Below are positions 38,071 through 48,245 of a stretch of 64,000 nucleotides of DNA, piece by piece. Source of the stretch: Planctomycetota bacterium. GTDB taxonomy: Bacteria; Planctomycetota; B15-G4; SIAN01. The notes under the pieces are model-generated. The model worked only from the letters and a program-made list of their open reading frames with translations, was not told the origin of the DNA and made no database searches. The stretch covers positions 236,307-300,306 of the forward strand of contig JANNXA010000022.1 of the NCBI GenBank assembly GCA_031409275.1, read 5' to 3'. The position numbers and the translations under genes were made by a program. Each line of letters opens with the position of its first letter. The first letter of the stretch is position 1.

Positions 38071-41000
38071 ATGCGCACTCGCCAGCAGACTTCCTTCGCC
38101 TTCCTTGCGGTCCTCGCCTTCGCCGCCTTCGCATGCCGCTCCGAACCGGCAAGCGAGGAGCGTGCAGCCGTGACCGCTCCTGCCGCAGCACCCGAACACG
38201 TCCACCACGACGTGTCGGTGCGGCTCGACCCCGACGCGCACCGGATCGAGGGGAGCGACACGATCACGCTGCCCGTGGCGCTGCGCTCGCTGCCGTTCCG
38301 GTTTCGGCTCCACGCCGGGCTCGCGGTCGAGTCGGCGGACGCGTCGTGGAGCGTTCGCCCGCTGCACGACGGGACGGTAACGGACGACGAGGAGACCGCG
38401 CTCGCCGTTCGCGTGAAGACCTGGGAGGCACGCCCGACGAGCGGTGCGACGCAATGGCCGAGCGATGGCACGCTCTCGCTGCGACTTGCGGGCACGATCG
38501 ATCACCCGATCGTCACCGGTGGCGAGGAGTACGCGAGGAGCTTCGACTCGACCCCCGGAACGATCTCTTCCGAGGGAGTCGTCCTCTCCGGATCGACGTG
38601 GTGGCTTCCCGTCATCGGCGAGGAGCTGATGACGTTCCGGCTGACGGCCGACGTTCCGGAGGCGTGGGAGGTCGTGAGCCAGGGCCGCCGCACGCGACAC
38701 GACGTCGTCGCGGCCGGACCGGCCTTGCCCACGCCGGGGCGACGAGTCGTCACGTGGGATTGCCCTCACCCGATGGAAGAGGCCTACCTGATCGCCGCGC
38801 AGTTCACGACCTACGAACGCGCCACCGAGAACGCTCTCGCACAGGCGTTCCTGCGCACCCCCGACCAGAACCTCGCGTCGAAGTACCTCGAGGCGACGGC
38901 GCAGTACCTGGAGATGTACCGCAAGCTCATCGGCCCCTACCCGTTCGAGAAGTTCGCGCTGGTCGAGAACTTCTGGGAGACCGGCTACGGAATGCCGTCG
39001 TTCACGCTGCTCGGCCCGCAGGTGATCCGACTGCCGTTCATCCTCCACTCCTCCTATCCGCACGAGATCCTGCACAACTGGTGGGGCAACTCGGTCTACG
39101 TCGATTGGTCGAAGGGGAACTGGTGCGAAGGGCTCACCGCGTACCTCGCCGACCACCTGATCCGCGAAGGCCAGGGGCGCGGCACGGAGTACCGCAACGA
39201 CGCGCTGAAGGGCTACCAGAGCTACGTCGGCGAGTCGCGGGACTTCCCGCTCTCGGAGTTCCGTTCGCGCCACTCGGCCGCGACGCAGGCGGTCGGCTAC
39301 GGCAAGTGCCTCATGCTCTGGCACATGCTCCGGATGCGGCTCGGCGACGCAGCGTTCGTGGACGGGCTGCAGCGTTTCTATCGGCGCCACCGATTCAAGG
39401 TCGCGGCGTGGAGCGACGTCGAAGCGCTCTTCTCCGAGGTCGCACACGAGGACCTTGCGCCGTTCTTCGAGCAATGGGTTCGCCGCACGGGCGCGCTCGC
39501 CTTGTCCCTCGACGTTGCAGCGGGAAGCGACGGCGCGCTGCTGCTCACGTTCGAGCAGACGCAAGGCGGCGAGCCCTACCGCGGCGTCGTGGTTCCCGTC
39601 GCGATCACGTACGCGGGAAGCGCCGACGCGGAGACGGTGCAACTTCGTCTCGATGGTGCGAAGAGCGTGTTGGCGCTGCCGGCTGGTGAACGCGCGATCG
39701 TCCGGATCGACGTCGATCCGGAGTTCGATCTCTTCCGTCGACTCGACGCCTCCGAGACTCCGCCGACGCTCGGAGAGATGTTCGGCGCCGAGCAGCTCAC
39801 GCTGATCGTTCCTGCCAAGGGAGCGCCTCTGGCCGCGGAGTGGAATCGCTTCGCGGAGAGCTGGGCCGCCGGTGGCAAGGCGGTCGAGATCGTCGAGGAG
39901 GACCAGATCGAATCGCTGCCCGAAGGCCGGACGGTGTGGGTGCTCGGCTCATCGAACCGCTTCGGTCCCGCGATCCTCGCGAGCCTGACCGCGCTCGGCG
40001 CGACGGTGGACCAATCGCAGGCTCGTTTCGGCGTCGAGTTCGTGCCGCGCGCCGCCCACTCGTTCGCCTACGTCGCTCGCCACCCGCAGAACGAGAAGCT
40101 CACGGCCGGCTGGGTCGGGTCTGACGTCGCGGAAGCGCTGCCCGGACTCGCGCGCAAGCTCCCCCACTACGGCAAGTACTCATTCCTGGCGTTCCATGGC
40201 GAAGCGCCCGACAACGTCGTCAAGGGCACGTGGCCCGCCGACACTGCACCGCTCGTCCGATTCGTCGGTGCGGGAGCCACGTCGAAGCCCCCCCGTGGCA
40301 AGCTCGCGGCGCGGACGGCGCTTGCGAAGCTCGCTCCGGTCGTCGATCCCGCGCGCATGAGCGCGACGGTGAACTTCCTCGCCGACGAGGCGCAGGAGGG
40401 ACGCGGCGTCGGGACGGCTGGACTCGACCGCAGCTCCGACTTCATCGCGAAGGCGTTCCTCGACGCCGGGCTGCAGCCGGGCGGAACTTCCGGCTCGTGG
40501 TTCGACCCGTGGACCGAAGAGGGTGGGCCCGACGGGAAACCGGTGACCCTTCGCAACGTGATCGGAGTGCTCCCGGGTCACGACCCGGCATTCGCCGGGC
40601 AGTGCGTCGTCCTGTGCGCTCACTACGACCACCTAGGGCTTGGTTGGCCCGATGTCCGCGAAGGGCAGGCCGGCAAGCTGCATCCCGGCGCCGACGACAA
40701 CGCATCGGGAGTGGCCGTGCTGCTCGAGGTGGCGCGCATCCTCGGTACGGAACTGAAGCCGGCGCGCACGCTGCTCTTCGCTGCCCTCAGCGGCGAGGAA
40801 TGGGGGCTCAAGGGCTCGCGCCATTTCGTGAAGAACTCGACGGCGCAGCGGCCGTTCGCCGCGGTCAACCTCGACTCCGTCGGCCGCCTTGGCGAGAAGA
40901 AGCTCCTCGTCCTTGGCGCCGGAACGGCAACCGAGTGGCGGCACATCGCGATGGGCGTCGGTTTCACGACCGGCGTCGAGTCGACCTGCGTTGCGGACGA

Positions 41001-41523
41001 TCCAGGCGGCAGCGATCAGGTCGCGTTCCATGAGATCGGCGTTCCCGCAGTACAGCTCTTCACCGGCCCCCATGCCGACTACCACCGACCGACCGACGTC
41101 GCGAGCAAGGTCGACATCGAAGGACTCGTCAAGGTCGGCACGTGGTTGCGCGAGACGGCGGTCTATTTGTCGGAGCGTCCGGAACCGATGACGTCGACGT
41201 TGCCCGCCGTCGGCGCGGCGCCCGAGAAGCCGATCGCGGCCCCACCGCGTAGCGACGCTCGTCGCGTGAGCCTCGGGACGATGCCGGAGTTCGAGTTCGC
41301 CGGGCCAGGAGTGAAGGTCGCTTCCGTCATCGACGGGAGTCCGGCGCAACTCGCTGGGATCGCCGCGGGCGACGTGATCGTCGCGATCGACGGCGTGGCG
41401 ATCAGCGACCTGCGCGCTTACAGCGATCTCCTCAAGTCCCACCAGCCCGGCGACACCTTGAAGGTCAGCGTCCGCCGCGGCGACGAGATCAAGGAACTCG
41501 AGGCGCGACTCGTCGCGCGTTGA
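38071..41523 (+). CDS. Lipoprotein M1 aminopeptidase + M28 peptidase + PDZ fusion
   Basis: Lipobox AFAC. M1 motifs HEILHNWWGN and NWCEGL. M28 motifs AHYDH, GADDNASG, GEEWG, SDQ and YH. C-terminal PDZ (SPAQLAGIAAGDVI). Confidence 0.9.
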   Translation: MRTRQQTSFAFLAVLAFAAFACRSEPASEERAAVTAPAAAPEHVHHDVSVRLDPDAHRIEGSDTITLPVALRSLPFRFRLHAGLAVESADASWSVRPLHDGTVTDDEETALAVRVKTWEARPTSGATQWPSDGTLSLRLAGTIDHPIVTGGEEYARSFDSTPGTISSEGVVLSGSTWWLPVIGEELMTFRLTADVPEAWEVVSQGRRTRHDVVAAGPALPTPGRRVVTWDCPHPMEEAYLIAAQFTTYERATENALAQAFLRTPDQNLASKYLEATAQYLEMYRKLIGPYPFEKFALVENFWETGYGMPSFTLLGPQVIRLPFILHSSYPHEILHNWWGNSVYVDWSKGNWCEGLTAYLADHLIREGQGRGTEYRNDALKGYQSYVGESRDFPLSEFRSRHSAATQAVGYGKCLMLWHMLRMRLGDAAFVDGLQRFYRRHRFKVAAWSDVEALFSEVAHEDLAPFFEQWVRRTGALALSLDVAAGSDGALLLTFEQTQGGEPYRGVVVPVAITYAGSADAETVQLRLDGAKSVLALPAGERAIVRIDVDPEFDLFRRLDASETPPTLGEMFGAEQLTLIVPAKGAPLAAEWNRFAESWAAGGKAVEIVEEDQIESLPEGRTVWVLGSSNRFGPAILASLTALGATVDQSQARFGVEFVPRAAHSFAYVARHPQNEKLTAGWVGSDVAEALPGLARKLPHYGKYSFLAFHGEAPDNVVKGTWPADTAPLVRFVGAGATSKPPRGKLAARTALAKLAPVVDPARMSATVNFLADEAQEGRGVGTAGLDRSSDFIAKAFLDAGLQPGGTSGSWFDPWTEEGGPDGKPVTLRNVIGVLPGHDPAFAGQCVVLCAHYDHLGLGWPDVREGQAGKLHPGADDNASGVAVLLEVARILGTELKPARTLLFAALSGEEWGLKGSRHFVKNSTAQRPFAAVNLDSVGRLGEKKLLVLGAGTATEWRHIAMGVGFTTGVESTCVADDPGGSDQVAFHEIGVPAVQLFTGPHADYHRPTDVASKVDIEGLVKVGTWLRETAVYLSERPEPMTSTLPAVGAAPEKPIAAPPRSDARRVSLGTMPEFEFAGPGVKVASVIDGSPAQLAGIAAGDVIVAIDGVAISDLRAYSDLLKSHQPGDTLKVSVRRGDEIKELEARLVAR

Positions 41524-41561
41524 GGCCGCGCATTCCCCACTCGCCTCGAGCCGACCCGCTC

Positions 41562-42884
41562 TCAGCCGTCCCATCGCAGCGACGCGACGACGTTCGCGTG
41601 CAACGCGCGCCAGCTCGCCGGCGCCGCCGCGGCCGCGCACGAGCGGACCAGCAGGACCTGACCATCGCCGCGGCGGCGAACGTGGAACCGCAGGCGATTG
41701 CCGCTTGCTTCGATCCGAGCCTCGCCGTCGAGCGAGCTCCACTCCTGCGCGCTCGCCGCATCGACCTCCGCGAGGAGCGTGGCGCCCTCCCCCGCCGCCC
41801 ACTTCGCGAAGCCCGCGCGGTCGAGCGCTTCGAAGCCGCCTTGCGAGAGCGAGACCGAGACGTTCATCCCGAATCCGCCGTCGAACACGAGCTGATGCAC
41901 GGCGTCGTTGCTGCGTGATTCCCAGCCCCGCGGGAAGCCGATCGATCCGTGCGTCGCGCCGATCGCGGCGAGATCGACCCGTTCGAGCGGCCAACGATCG
42001 AGCCGCTCGCCTCCACCCACGAGGAACGGAATCGAGGCGCGCGAAGGCGCGAGGAGCCCGAAGCCGAGATCGAGCGCAAACGCGATCGGCACGCACGCGA
42101 GCAGCGTTCCGCCGAGGACGGTGATCCATGGCCGGTCGCGCGCGGTCGTCGCCCGGCGATGGCGTGGCGAGAGCAGCCAACCGAGGAGCGCACCGCCGGC
42201 GAGTCCGCCGAGGTGGCCCGGGACGGAGACGCTCTGGCTCATGAACAGCGTGAAGACCACTCCGCTGACCGCCCAACGGAGAAATTGCTGGCGCACCTGC
42301 GCGCCCCAGACGCCGCCGCGGCACTTTCCGTGCGCCCATCCAGCTCCGAGCAACCCGAAGATCGCGCCGCTCGCGCCGAGTCCGCCGGAGTTGAAAACGA
42401 CGCACGTCAGCGACGCAAGCAGGGCGGAGCCGAGGTAGACGATGGCGTATCGAAACGCGCCGTACTCCGCTTCGAGCAGCGGCCCGATCGCACGCAGCGA
42501 GGAGAGATTGAACGCGATGTGCAGGATGCCGGCGTGCAGAAACGCCGCCGTCAGCAAGCGCCACACTTCGCCGTCATGGAGCACCGCGAACGGGTCGAGT
42601 GCGCCGAGGAACATCGAGACCTCGATTCGCGGGCCGAGGAATCCGAAGATCCCGCCGACCGACGGCGCGAGCACGGACTTGCCGCTCAGGACGAGCGCCA
42701 CGAGGTGGATCACCACGTTGGCGGCGACGAGCAGATCGGTGATCGAGCGGCCGTCGATCCAGCGTCGCAGCCGCTCGGCGCCGCGCCAGCCATGACGACG
42801 CGCGCCGCAGAACGGGCAGACGGCGTGACTGCGCAGGATCAGCCGCTCGCACTTCTCGCAGACCGCCGCCTGGGTTTCCGGCAA
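41562..42884 (-). CDS. Rhomboid intramembrane serine protease with N-terminal zinc ribbon
   Basis: CEKC...CPFC, WRLLTAAFLHAGILHIAFN, GASG catalytic Ser and GHLGG His. TTG start after GAGGAAGAG. Confidence 0.88.
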   Translation of the reverse strand: MPETQAAVCEKCERLILRSHAVCPFCGARRHGWRGAERLRRWIDGRSITDLLVAANVVIHLVALVLSGKSVLAPSVGGIFGFLGPRIEVSMFLGALDPFAVLHDGEVWRLLTAAFLHAGILHIAFNLSSLRAIGPLLEAEYGAFRYAIVYLGSALLASLTCVVFNSGGLGASGAIFGLLGAGWAHGKCRGGVWGAQVRQQFLRWAVSGVVFTLFMSQSVSVPGHLGGLAGGALLGWLLSPRHRRATTARDRPWITVLGGTLLACVPIAFALDLGFGLLAPSRASIPFLVGGGERLDRWPLERVDLAAIGATHGSIGFPRGWESRSNDAVHQLVFDGGFGMNVSVSLSQGGFEALDRAGFAKWAAGEGATLLAEVDAASAQEWSSLDGEARIEASGNRLRFHVRRRGDGQVLLVRSCAAAAAPASWRALHANVVASLRWDG

Positions 42885-42942
42885 CTCTTCCTCGTTTCTG
42901 CCAAGAGCACGGCGGCTGCCATCCGCCCGACGGATCTGGACA

Positions 42943-43884
42943 CTACGTTCGATCGCTGAACAGATCACCCGCGAGGTACTTGAGTCCGCTGTCGCAAGCG
43001 ACGGTGACGACGATGCGGCCCGGCCCGAGTTCCGCCGCGAGCGCGAGCGCCGCCAGGACGTTCATGCCGGTGGAGGTGCCGGCGAAGACGCCTTCCTCGC
43101 GAGCCAATCGGCGCGCCAGCGCTCGTCCGCTCGCTTCATCGAGCGCGCGCACCTCGCGGGCCACCGAGCGATCGAACTGCGGTGGAACGAAGCCGGCGCC
43201 GGTGCCATCCACTCGATGGGCGCCCGGCGGCGATCCCGATAGGACCGCCGAGGTCGATGGCTCGAGCGCCACGACGCGCACGTCGGGGTCGCGTCGCCGC
43301 AGCACTCGTCCGACCCCCATCAACATTCCGGCCGTCCCCACCATGCCGCAGAAGGCATCCACTCGCGGGAGCGCCTCGACAATCTCGTCGCCGATCCGCG
43401 CGTAGCCGGCCTGCGCATCGTGGTTCCGGAACTGGTCGGTGTAGTAGACGTTCGGATCGACGCGGATCGCATCCGCCCGCGCCAGCATTCGAGGCCAGAG
43501 GTCCGGGGTCACTCGCCCCTCGCGGCTCGGCTCGACGATCAGATCGGCGCCGAACGCCCGCATCATCTCGAGCTTCTCGCGCGCGTAGGCGTCCGACGAG
43601 ATGACGCGAAACGGGTACCCCTTGGCAGCGCAGACGAACGCGAGCGACGAGCCAGTGCTTCCTCCAGTGCATTCGAGCACGACCATGTCGCGCCGCAGGT
43701 CGCCTCGCGCCTCCGCGGCATCGACCATGGCCAACGCCATCCGGTCCTTGTACGAGCCGGTCGGGTTCAAGTACTCGAGCTTGAGGTAGACGTCGGCGGA
43801 GGAGCGCGGCGCCAACCGTTGCAGGCGAATCAGCGGAGTCCGACCGATCGCGTTCAGGATGGTCGCCACCGTCGCCTCCTCCAT
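42943..43884 (-). CDS. PLP-dependent cysteine synthase family protein
   Basis: IGRTPL, KLEYLNPTGSYKDR, GTAG, GTSTG and CDSGLKY. Confidence 0.92.
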   Translation of the reverse strand: MEEATVATILNAIGRTPLIRLQRLAPRSSADVYLKLEYLNPTGSYKDRMALAMVDAAEARGDLRRDMVVLECTGGSTGSSLAFVCAAKGYPFRVISSDAYAREKLEMMRAFGADLIVEPSREGRVTPDLWPRMLARADAIRVDPNVYYTDQFRNHDAQAGYARIGDEIVEALPRVDAFCGMVGTAGMLMGVGRVLRRRDPDVRVVALEPSTSAVLSGSPPGAHRVDGTGAGFVPPQFDRSVAREVRALDEASGRALARRLAREEGVFAGTSTGMNVLAALALAAELGPGRIVVTVACDSGLKYLAGDLFSDRT

Positions 43885-44114
43885 TGGGACCTCGCTTGCG
43901 CAAAGTACCCGTACCGACTTCCGCCGGCATCGTGGCCGCCGCGCGAACGGAGTCAACGGATCGATCGGAAGGCAGCGCGCCGCGCCGTTTGACTGCGGAT
44001 GCGGCCCTTTCGCGGTCGTCGGCGCGGTGATATTTCCGTGATTGGCAACGCGCCACGAGCGGCTATTCCTTCGAGTTCGAAGTGCTGGATCGGTCCATCC
44101 TGGAGAGTCGCCGC

Positions 44115-45458
44115 ATGCATCGCCGCAGCCATGGCCGATTCGATCGCCGCTCGATGCTTCTCCTCGCGCTGCCGCTCGCCCTTCCAGCCTGCGGCAACGG
44201 CACCTCGAACCGGGCGCGCTCGATCGGCGGCCTCGCCGACTTCGGCGCGTTGGCGACCGACCCGGAACGCAATCGCTTCTGCGCGGGCGATGCGGCGAGC
44301 GGCCGTCTCGTCGTCCTCGACGCGGCCGACGGCCAGTTGCAGTTCGACGTGCCAAGCGCCGGACAGAGTGTCGGCGGCCTCCTCTACGAGGCGTGCAGTC
44401 GCTCGCTGTACGTTTCGATCAGCGCGCGCGGACGCTTGTCGACGTTCGATCCGGTGACGATGATCGAGCGCTCCTCGATCCGCCTGCCGAGCGCTCCCTT
44501 CGCGCTCGCGGAAGCGGCCGAACACACGCTGCTGATCGTGACGGCGAACGGCGTGGTCCACTTCGACCCTGTCAGCCGCTCGCTCACCACGCTGTTGCCG
44601 ACGATCGCGCGGGACGCCCTCGTCGTCAGCGATCGCGATTCCGAGGTGGGCTGGGTCGCGGAGACCGTGGCCGGGGCGACCACCGTTCATCGACTCGATC
44701 TGGTGAACCTGACGACGCCCCCCACCAGCAGCGCCGTTTCGCTCGCCGGCGAAGTCGTGGGACTGGCGGTCAGCTGGGACTCCTCCCGTCTTTACGTCGG
44801 CACCAACGTCGCGCCCGGAATCCACATCCTCGATGCGGCAACGCTCGCCGAGGTTGACGCGATCGACGTCGGCGACGGCCTCACCAGCCTCGCCTTGAAT
44901 TCGACCGGGCTGCGCCTCTTCTGGTCGACCGGCGGCCCGCTGGTCGAGAGCGTCATCGTCGAGCCGCCTTTCGTCGGCCCCACCGTCGCACTGCTCGAAG
45001 GGCCGCGCCCACGCGGCTTGGAGCTCGCTCCGAACGGCCAAGACCTCGCGTGCTGGAGCGATCTGGGCGTGCTCGCCACCTACGACGTCCGAACGCTGAG
45101 CCTTCGGGCTCCGGCCGTGCTGCGGCAGGGCGAGACGGGCACGATGGAACTCCACGGCGAGCCGAAGGGCGCCTACCTCGTCCTGCTCAGTTCGGAGCCC
45201 GGCGCCTTCATCCTCGACCCTCGTCCGGTCGACGATCCGCGCCTCGTCGAGACCTCGCTCACCGCCGGCTTCCAGGTGGTCGCCTCGGGGACGTTCGATG
45301 CCAACGGTGACGCCGTCCTGACCGACGTCGCGCCCACGGGAGCGAACGAAGCGCTCGACACGGTGTGGCAGGTGGCGCAAGCGAAGTCGGCGACCAACCC
45401 CAGGTTGACCCTCAGCAACGCGATGGTGATCCGCTTCCTCGGACCTGAGTGCCAATAA
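44115..45458 (+). CDS. YncE-like beta-propeller lipoprotein with C-terminal beta domain
   Basis: Lipobox LPAC and YVTN-like blades (RSLYVS, SRLYVG, PRGLELAPNG). Confidence 0.7.
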   Translation: MHRRSHGRFDRRSMLLLALPLALPACGNGTSNRARSIGGLADFGALATDPERNRFCAGDAASGRLVVLDAADGQLQFDVPSAGQSVGGLLYEACSRSLYVSISARGRLSTFDPVTMIERSSIRLPSAPFALAEAAEHTLLIVTANGVVHFDPVSRSLTTLLPTIARDALVVSDRDSEVGWVAETVAGATTVHRLDLVNLTTPPTSSAVSLAGEVVGLAVSWDSSRLYVGTNVAPGIHILDAATLAEVDAIDVGDGLTSLALNSTGLRLFWSTGGPLVESVIVEPPFVGPTVALLEGPRPRGLELAPNGQDLACWSDLGVLATYDVRTLSLRAPAVLRQGETGTMELHGEPKGAYLVLLSSEPGAFILDPRPVDDPRLVETSLTAGFQVVASGTFDANGDAVLTDVAPTGANEALDTVWQVAQAKSATNPRLTLSNAMVIRFLGPECQ

Positions 45459-45540
45459 GCGTCGCGACGGATCGCGGCGGTCCGCGACCGGAGCCGCCGC
45501 GCGACGGCGGTTCGGTGCAACTCTCCCAAGAGCCTGATCG

Positions 45541-46353
45541 ATGCAGCGAACGGCGCGGATCCTGGCAACGATCTCGATCGGCTGGGGTGCAACCTTCGTG
45601 GGCGCTCAGTCGGCGGACCTACCGCCGCCCGAGAAGCCACTGCCAATGGCAGGCGAGCTGTTTCGAGTCGAAGGGCGAACGGCGTTCATCATCCCGCCCG
45701 GCAAGAGGATCCCCGACGTCGCGACGCCGTGGGTCTGGTACGCCCCGACGCTTCCCGACCTCCCCGCCGGCGAAGAGCTCTGGATGTTCGAGCGCTTCAC
45801 CAAGGCGGGCATTGCGGTCGCCGGCATCGATGTGGGCGAGTCGTACGGCAGCCCCGATGGGCGCGCGCTCTACTCGGCCTTCCATCGCGAGCTGACCGAG
45901 AAGCGCGGCTTTGCGCTGAAGCCGGTGATGTTGGGGCGCAGTCGCGGTGGGCTCATGGCGCTTGGATGGGCCGTCGAGAACGCCGGCAGCGTCGGCGGCT
46001 TCGCGGGGGTCTACCCGGTCTGCAACATCAGCAGCTACCCCGGCGTGGCCGAGGCGAGTGCGGCGTTTCGACTGAAGCCGGAGGAGTTGACGGCGCAGCT
46101 TTCGGACCACAACCCGATCGACCGTCTCGCCGCCTTGGCGAAGGCGAAGGTGCCCCTCTTCGCGATCCACGGCGATTGCGACCGCGTGGTCCCGCTCGAA
46201 GCCAACTCCGGTGAGTTGCGCAAGCGCTACGAGGCCCTTGGCGGCGCAATGCAGCTGCTCATCCCCGAGGGGCAGGGCCACAACATGTGGACCGGATTCT
46301 TTCAGTGCCAGGAGTTGGTCGACTTCGTCGTCGCCAACGCGAAATCCAAATGA
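45541..46353 (+). CDS. Exported alpha/beta hydrolase (S9-like)
   Basis: GRSRGG nucleophile, IHGDCDRVVP and GQGH. Confidence 0.85.
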   Translation: MQRTARILATISIGWGATFVGAQSADLPPPEKPLPMAGELFRVEGRTAFIIPPGKRIPDVATPWVWYAPTLPDLPAGEELWMFERFTKAGIAVAGIDVGESYGSPDGRALYSAFHRELTEKRGFALKPVMLGRSRGGLMALGWAVENAGSVGGFAGVYPVCNISSYPGVAEASAAFRLKPEELTAQLSDHNPIDRLAALAKAKVPLFAIHGDCDRVVPLEANSGELRKRYEALGGAMQLLIPEGQGHNMWTGFFQCQELVDFVVANAKSK

Positions 46354-46880
46354 ACGCGCTGCCGCGACGCATCGATCTGCTCCTCGTGCTGACGTGCGCA
46401 GGGTGCCGTACGCCCGACGTCGCGAGGAACGACTCGCCGGTCGAATCGCCGGTCGAATCGCCCGTCGAATCGCCGGTCGAAGGCGCGAGCGGGCTCGCGG
46501 GCTCTCCGCTCGACGCGCTCGTGGCGGCGGGATACCAGGTCGCAGCGAGTCCGACCGGCGCGTTCACCGCCGCATGGCGTCCGGTGGCGGACAGCGTGCC
46601 GGTGAACGAGCTCTTCCAGATCGAAGTGCTCCTCTATCGCGGACGCGCGGAAGGTCGAGCGAGCGATCCGCCGCTCGCTGGCGCGATGCTCCAGGCGAGC
46701 GCCTGGATGCCCGAACACATGCATGGCATGAACCGTCGGCCGCAAACGGTCGAGACGGCGCCAGGCCACTATCTCGTGAGCGGAATGATGCTCCACATGG
46801 AGGGCTCCTGGCAGCTCTTCCTCGACGTGATGGCGAGCGGCGTGTCGGAACGGGTCGAGTTCGCGATCATGTTGAGATGA
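46350..46880 (+). CDS. YtkA/FixH-like Ig-fold lipoprotein
   Basis: ATGA overlaps at both ends. Lipobox CAGC and WMPEHMHGM...LHMEGSW motif. Confidence 0.75.
   Translation: MNALPRRIDLLLVLTCAGCRTPDVARNDSPVESPVESPVESPVEGASGLAGSPLDALVAAGYQVAASPTGAFTAAWRPVADSVPVNELFQIEVLLYRGRAEGRASDPPLAGAMLQASAWMPEHMHGMNRRPQTVETAPGHYLVSGMMLHMEGSWQLFLDVMASGVSERVEFAIMLR
46434..46481 (+). repeat. 12-bp tandem repeat x4 (encodes SPVE x4 linker)
   Basis: tcgccggtcgaa repeated four times, with one synonymous change in copy 3. Confidence 0.95.
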
Positions 46881-48214
46881 GGCGCGCCTCCTGCTTCGCG
46901 CTGGCGATGGTCGCGGCGGCCGGCGGTTGCGAGAGCTCGCAAGCGCCGCCGCCGGTTGCGCCCAACGCGCCCGACGCGCCCAAGGTCGGCGCTGCCGCGC
47001 CTCTCTCGATCGAGGGGTTCACGCCCGAGGAGCTGCGCGCCGTCCTGAAGCTCTCGCCGCTGCCCGATCCGCCGCCCGACCCGACCAACGAGTTCGCCGA
47101 CGATCCGCGTGCGGCGCGCCTCGGGCAGTACCTCTTCTTCGACCAGCGCTTCTCCGCCTCCGGCGACGTGGCGTGCTCGACCTGCCATCAGCCGGAACTC
47201 GCGTTCGCCGATGGCAAACCCTTCGGCGAGGCCCGAGGCAAGAGCGGAACGCCGCTCGAGCGCCACACGCTGTCGCTCTACAACGTCGCCTACCAACGTT
47301 GGTGGTTCTGGGACGGGCGCGCCGACACGCTCTGGAGCCAGGCGCTGCGACCGCTCGAGGATCCGCGCGAGCACGCGACGTCCCGCCTCGCGATCGCGCA
47401 CGCGCTCGACGACGATCGCCGCCTGAAGGGCGCCTATGAGACGATCTTCGGCCCGCTGCCGGAGCTTGGCGCCGAGTCGCGCTTTCCTCGCAGCGGACGG
47501 CCCGGCGACCCGGAATGGGCTGCGATGGCGCCCGCCGATCAGCTGGCCATCGACCGGGTCTTCGTGAACTTCGGCAAGGCGCTCGCTGCCTACGAACGAC
47601 GACTGCTCTCGCGCTCGGCGCCATTCGACGACTTCATCGCCGGCGTGCGCTCAGGAAACCTCGATCAGCAACGCACGCTGAGCCCGCTGGCGCGCGAGGG
47701 GCTGCGCCTCTTCGTGGGCGAGGCGCGCTGCGTGCTATGCCACAGCGGCCCGACCTTCTCCGATCGCGAGTTCCACGACAACCGAGTCCCGACGCGCAGC
47801 GGCGAGCCGCGCCGCGACGCCGGTCGCCACGGCGGAGTCCCGATCGTGTTGGCCGATCCGTTCAATGGAATCGGAGGCTTCTCCGATGCGCCGGAGGGAG
47901 CGTCACAAGACAAGTTGCGCTACCTGCTGCGCACCGGCGACGGCTGGAGCGAGTTCAAGACGCCGACGTTGCGCAATGTCGCGCAGAGTCCGCCGTACAT
48001 GCACCAGGGCCAGTTCGCGACTCTGGACGATGTCCTGGAGTACTACAACACGCTCGAGCAGGCGGTGCCGTCGCACTCGCCCGAACGAACGCTGTCGCCG
48101 ATCCGCCTCTCGGCGGAAGCGCTGTCCGCGCTGCGCGAGTTCCTGCTGTCGCTGACCGACGTGCGGCTCGACGCCGCGTTGTTGAGGCAGCCGGAGACGC
48201 CGGACCTCCCCTGA
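46877..48214 (+). CDS. Di-heme cytochrome c peroxidase/MauG superfamily lipoprotein
   Basis: LFFDQRFS, CSTCH, FWDGRAD, CVLCH and FKTPTLRNV...PYMH. Confidence 0.92.
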   Translation: MRRASCFALAMVAAAGGCESSQAPPPVAPNAPDAPKVGAAAPLSIEGFTPEELRAVLKLSPLPDPPPDPTNEFADDPRAARLGQYLFFDQRFSASGDVACSTCHQPELAFADGKPFGEARGKSGTPLERHTLSLYNVAYQRWWFWDGRADTLWSQALRPLEDPREHATSRLAIAHALDDDRRLKGAYETIFGPLPELGAESRFPRSGRPGDPEWAAMAPADQLAIDRVFVNFGKALAAYERRLLSRSAPFDDFIAGVRSGNLDQQRTLSPLAREGLRLFVGEARCVLCHSGPTFSDREFHDNRVPTRSGEPRRDAGRHGGVPIVLADPFNGIGGFSDAPEGASQDKLRYLLRTGDGWSEFKTPTLRNVAQSPPYMHQGQFATLDDVLEYYNTLEQAVPSHSPERTLSPIRLSAEALSALREFLLSLTDVRLDAALLRQPETPDLP

Positions 48215-48245
48215 ACGAACCGCTCGCGGAGGTCCTTGGCGCCGT

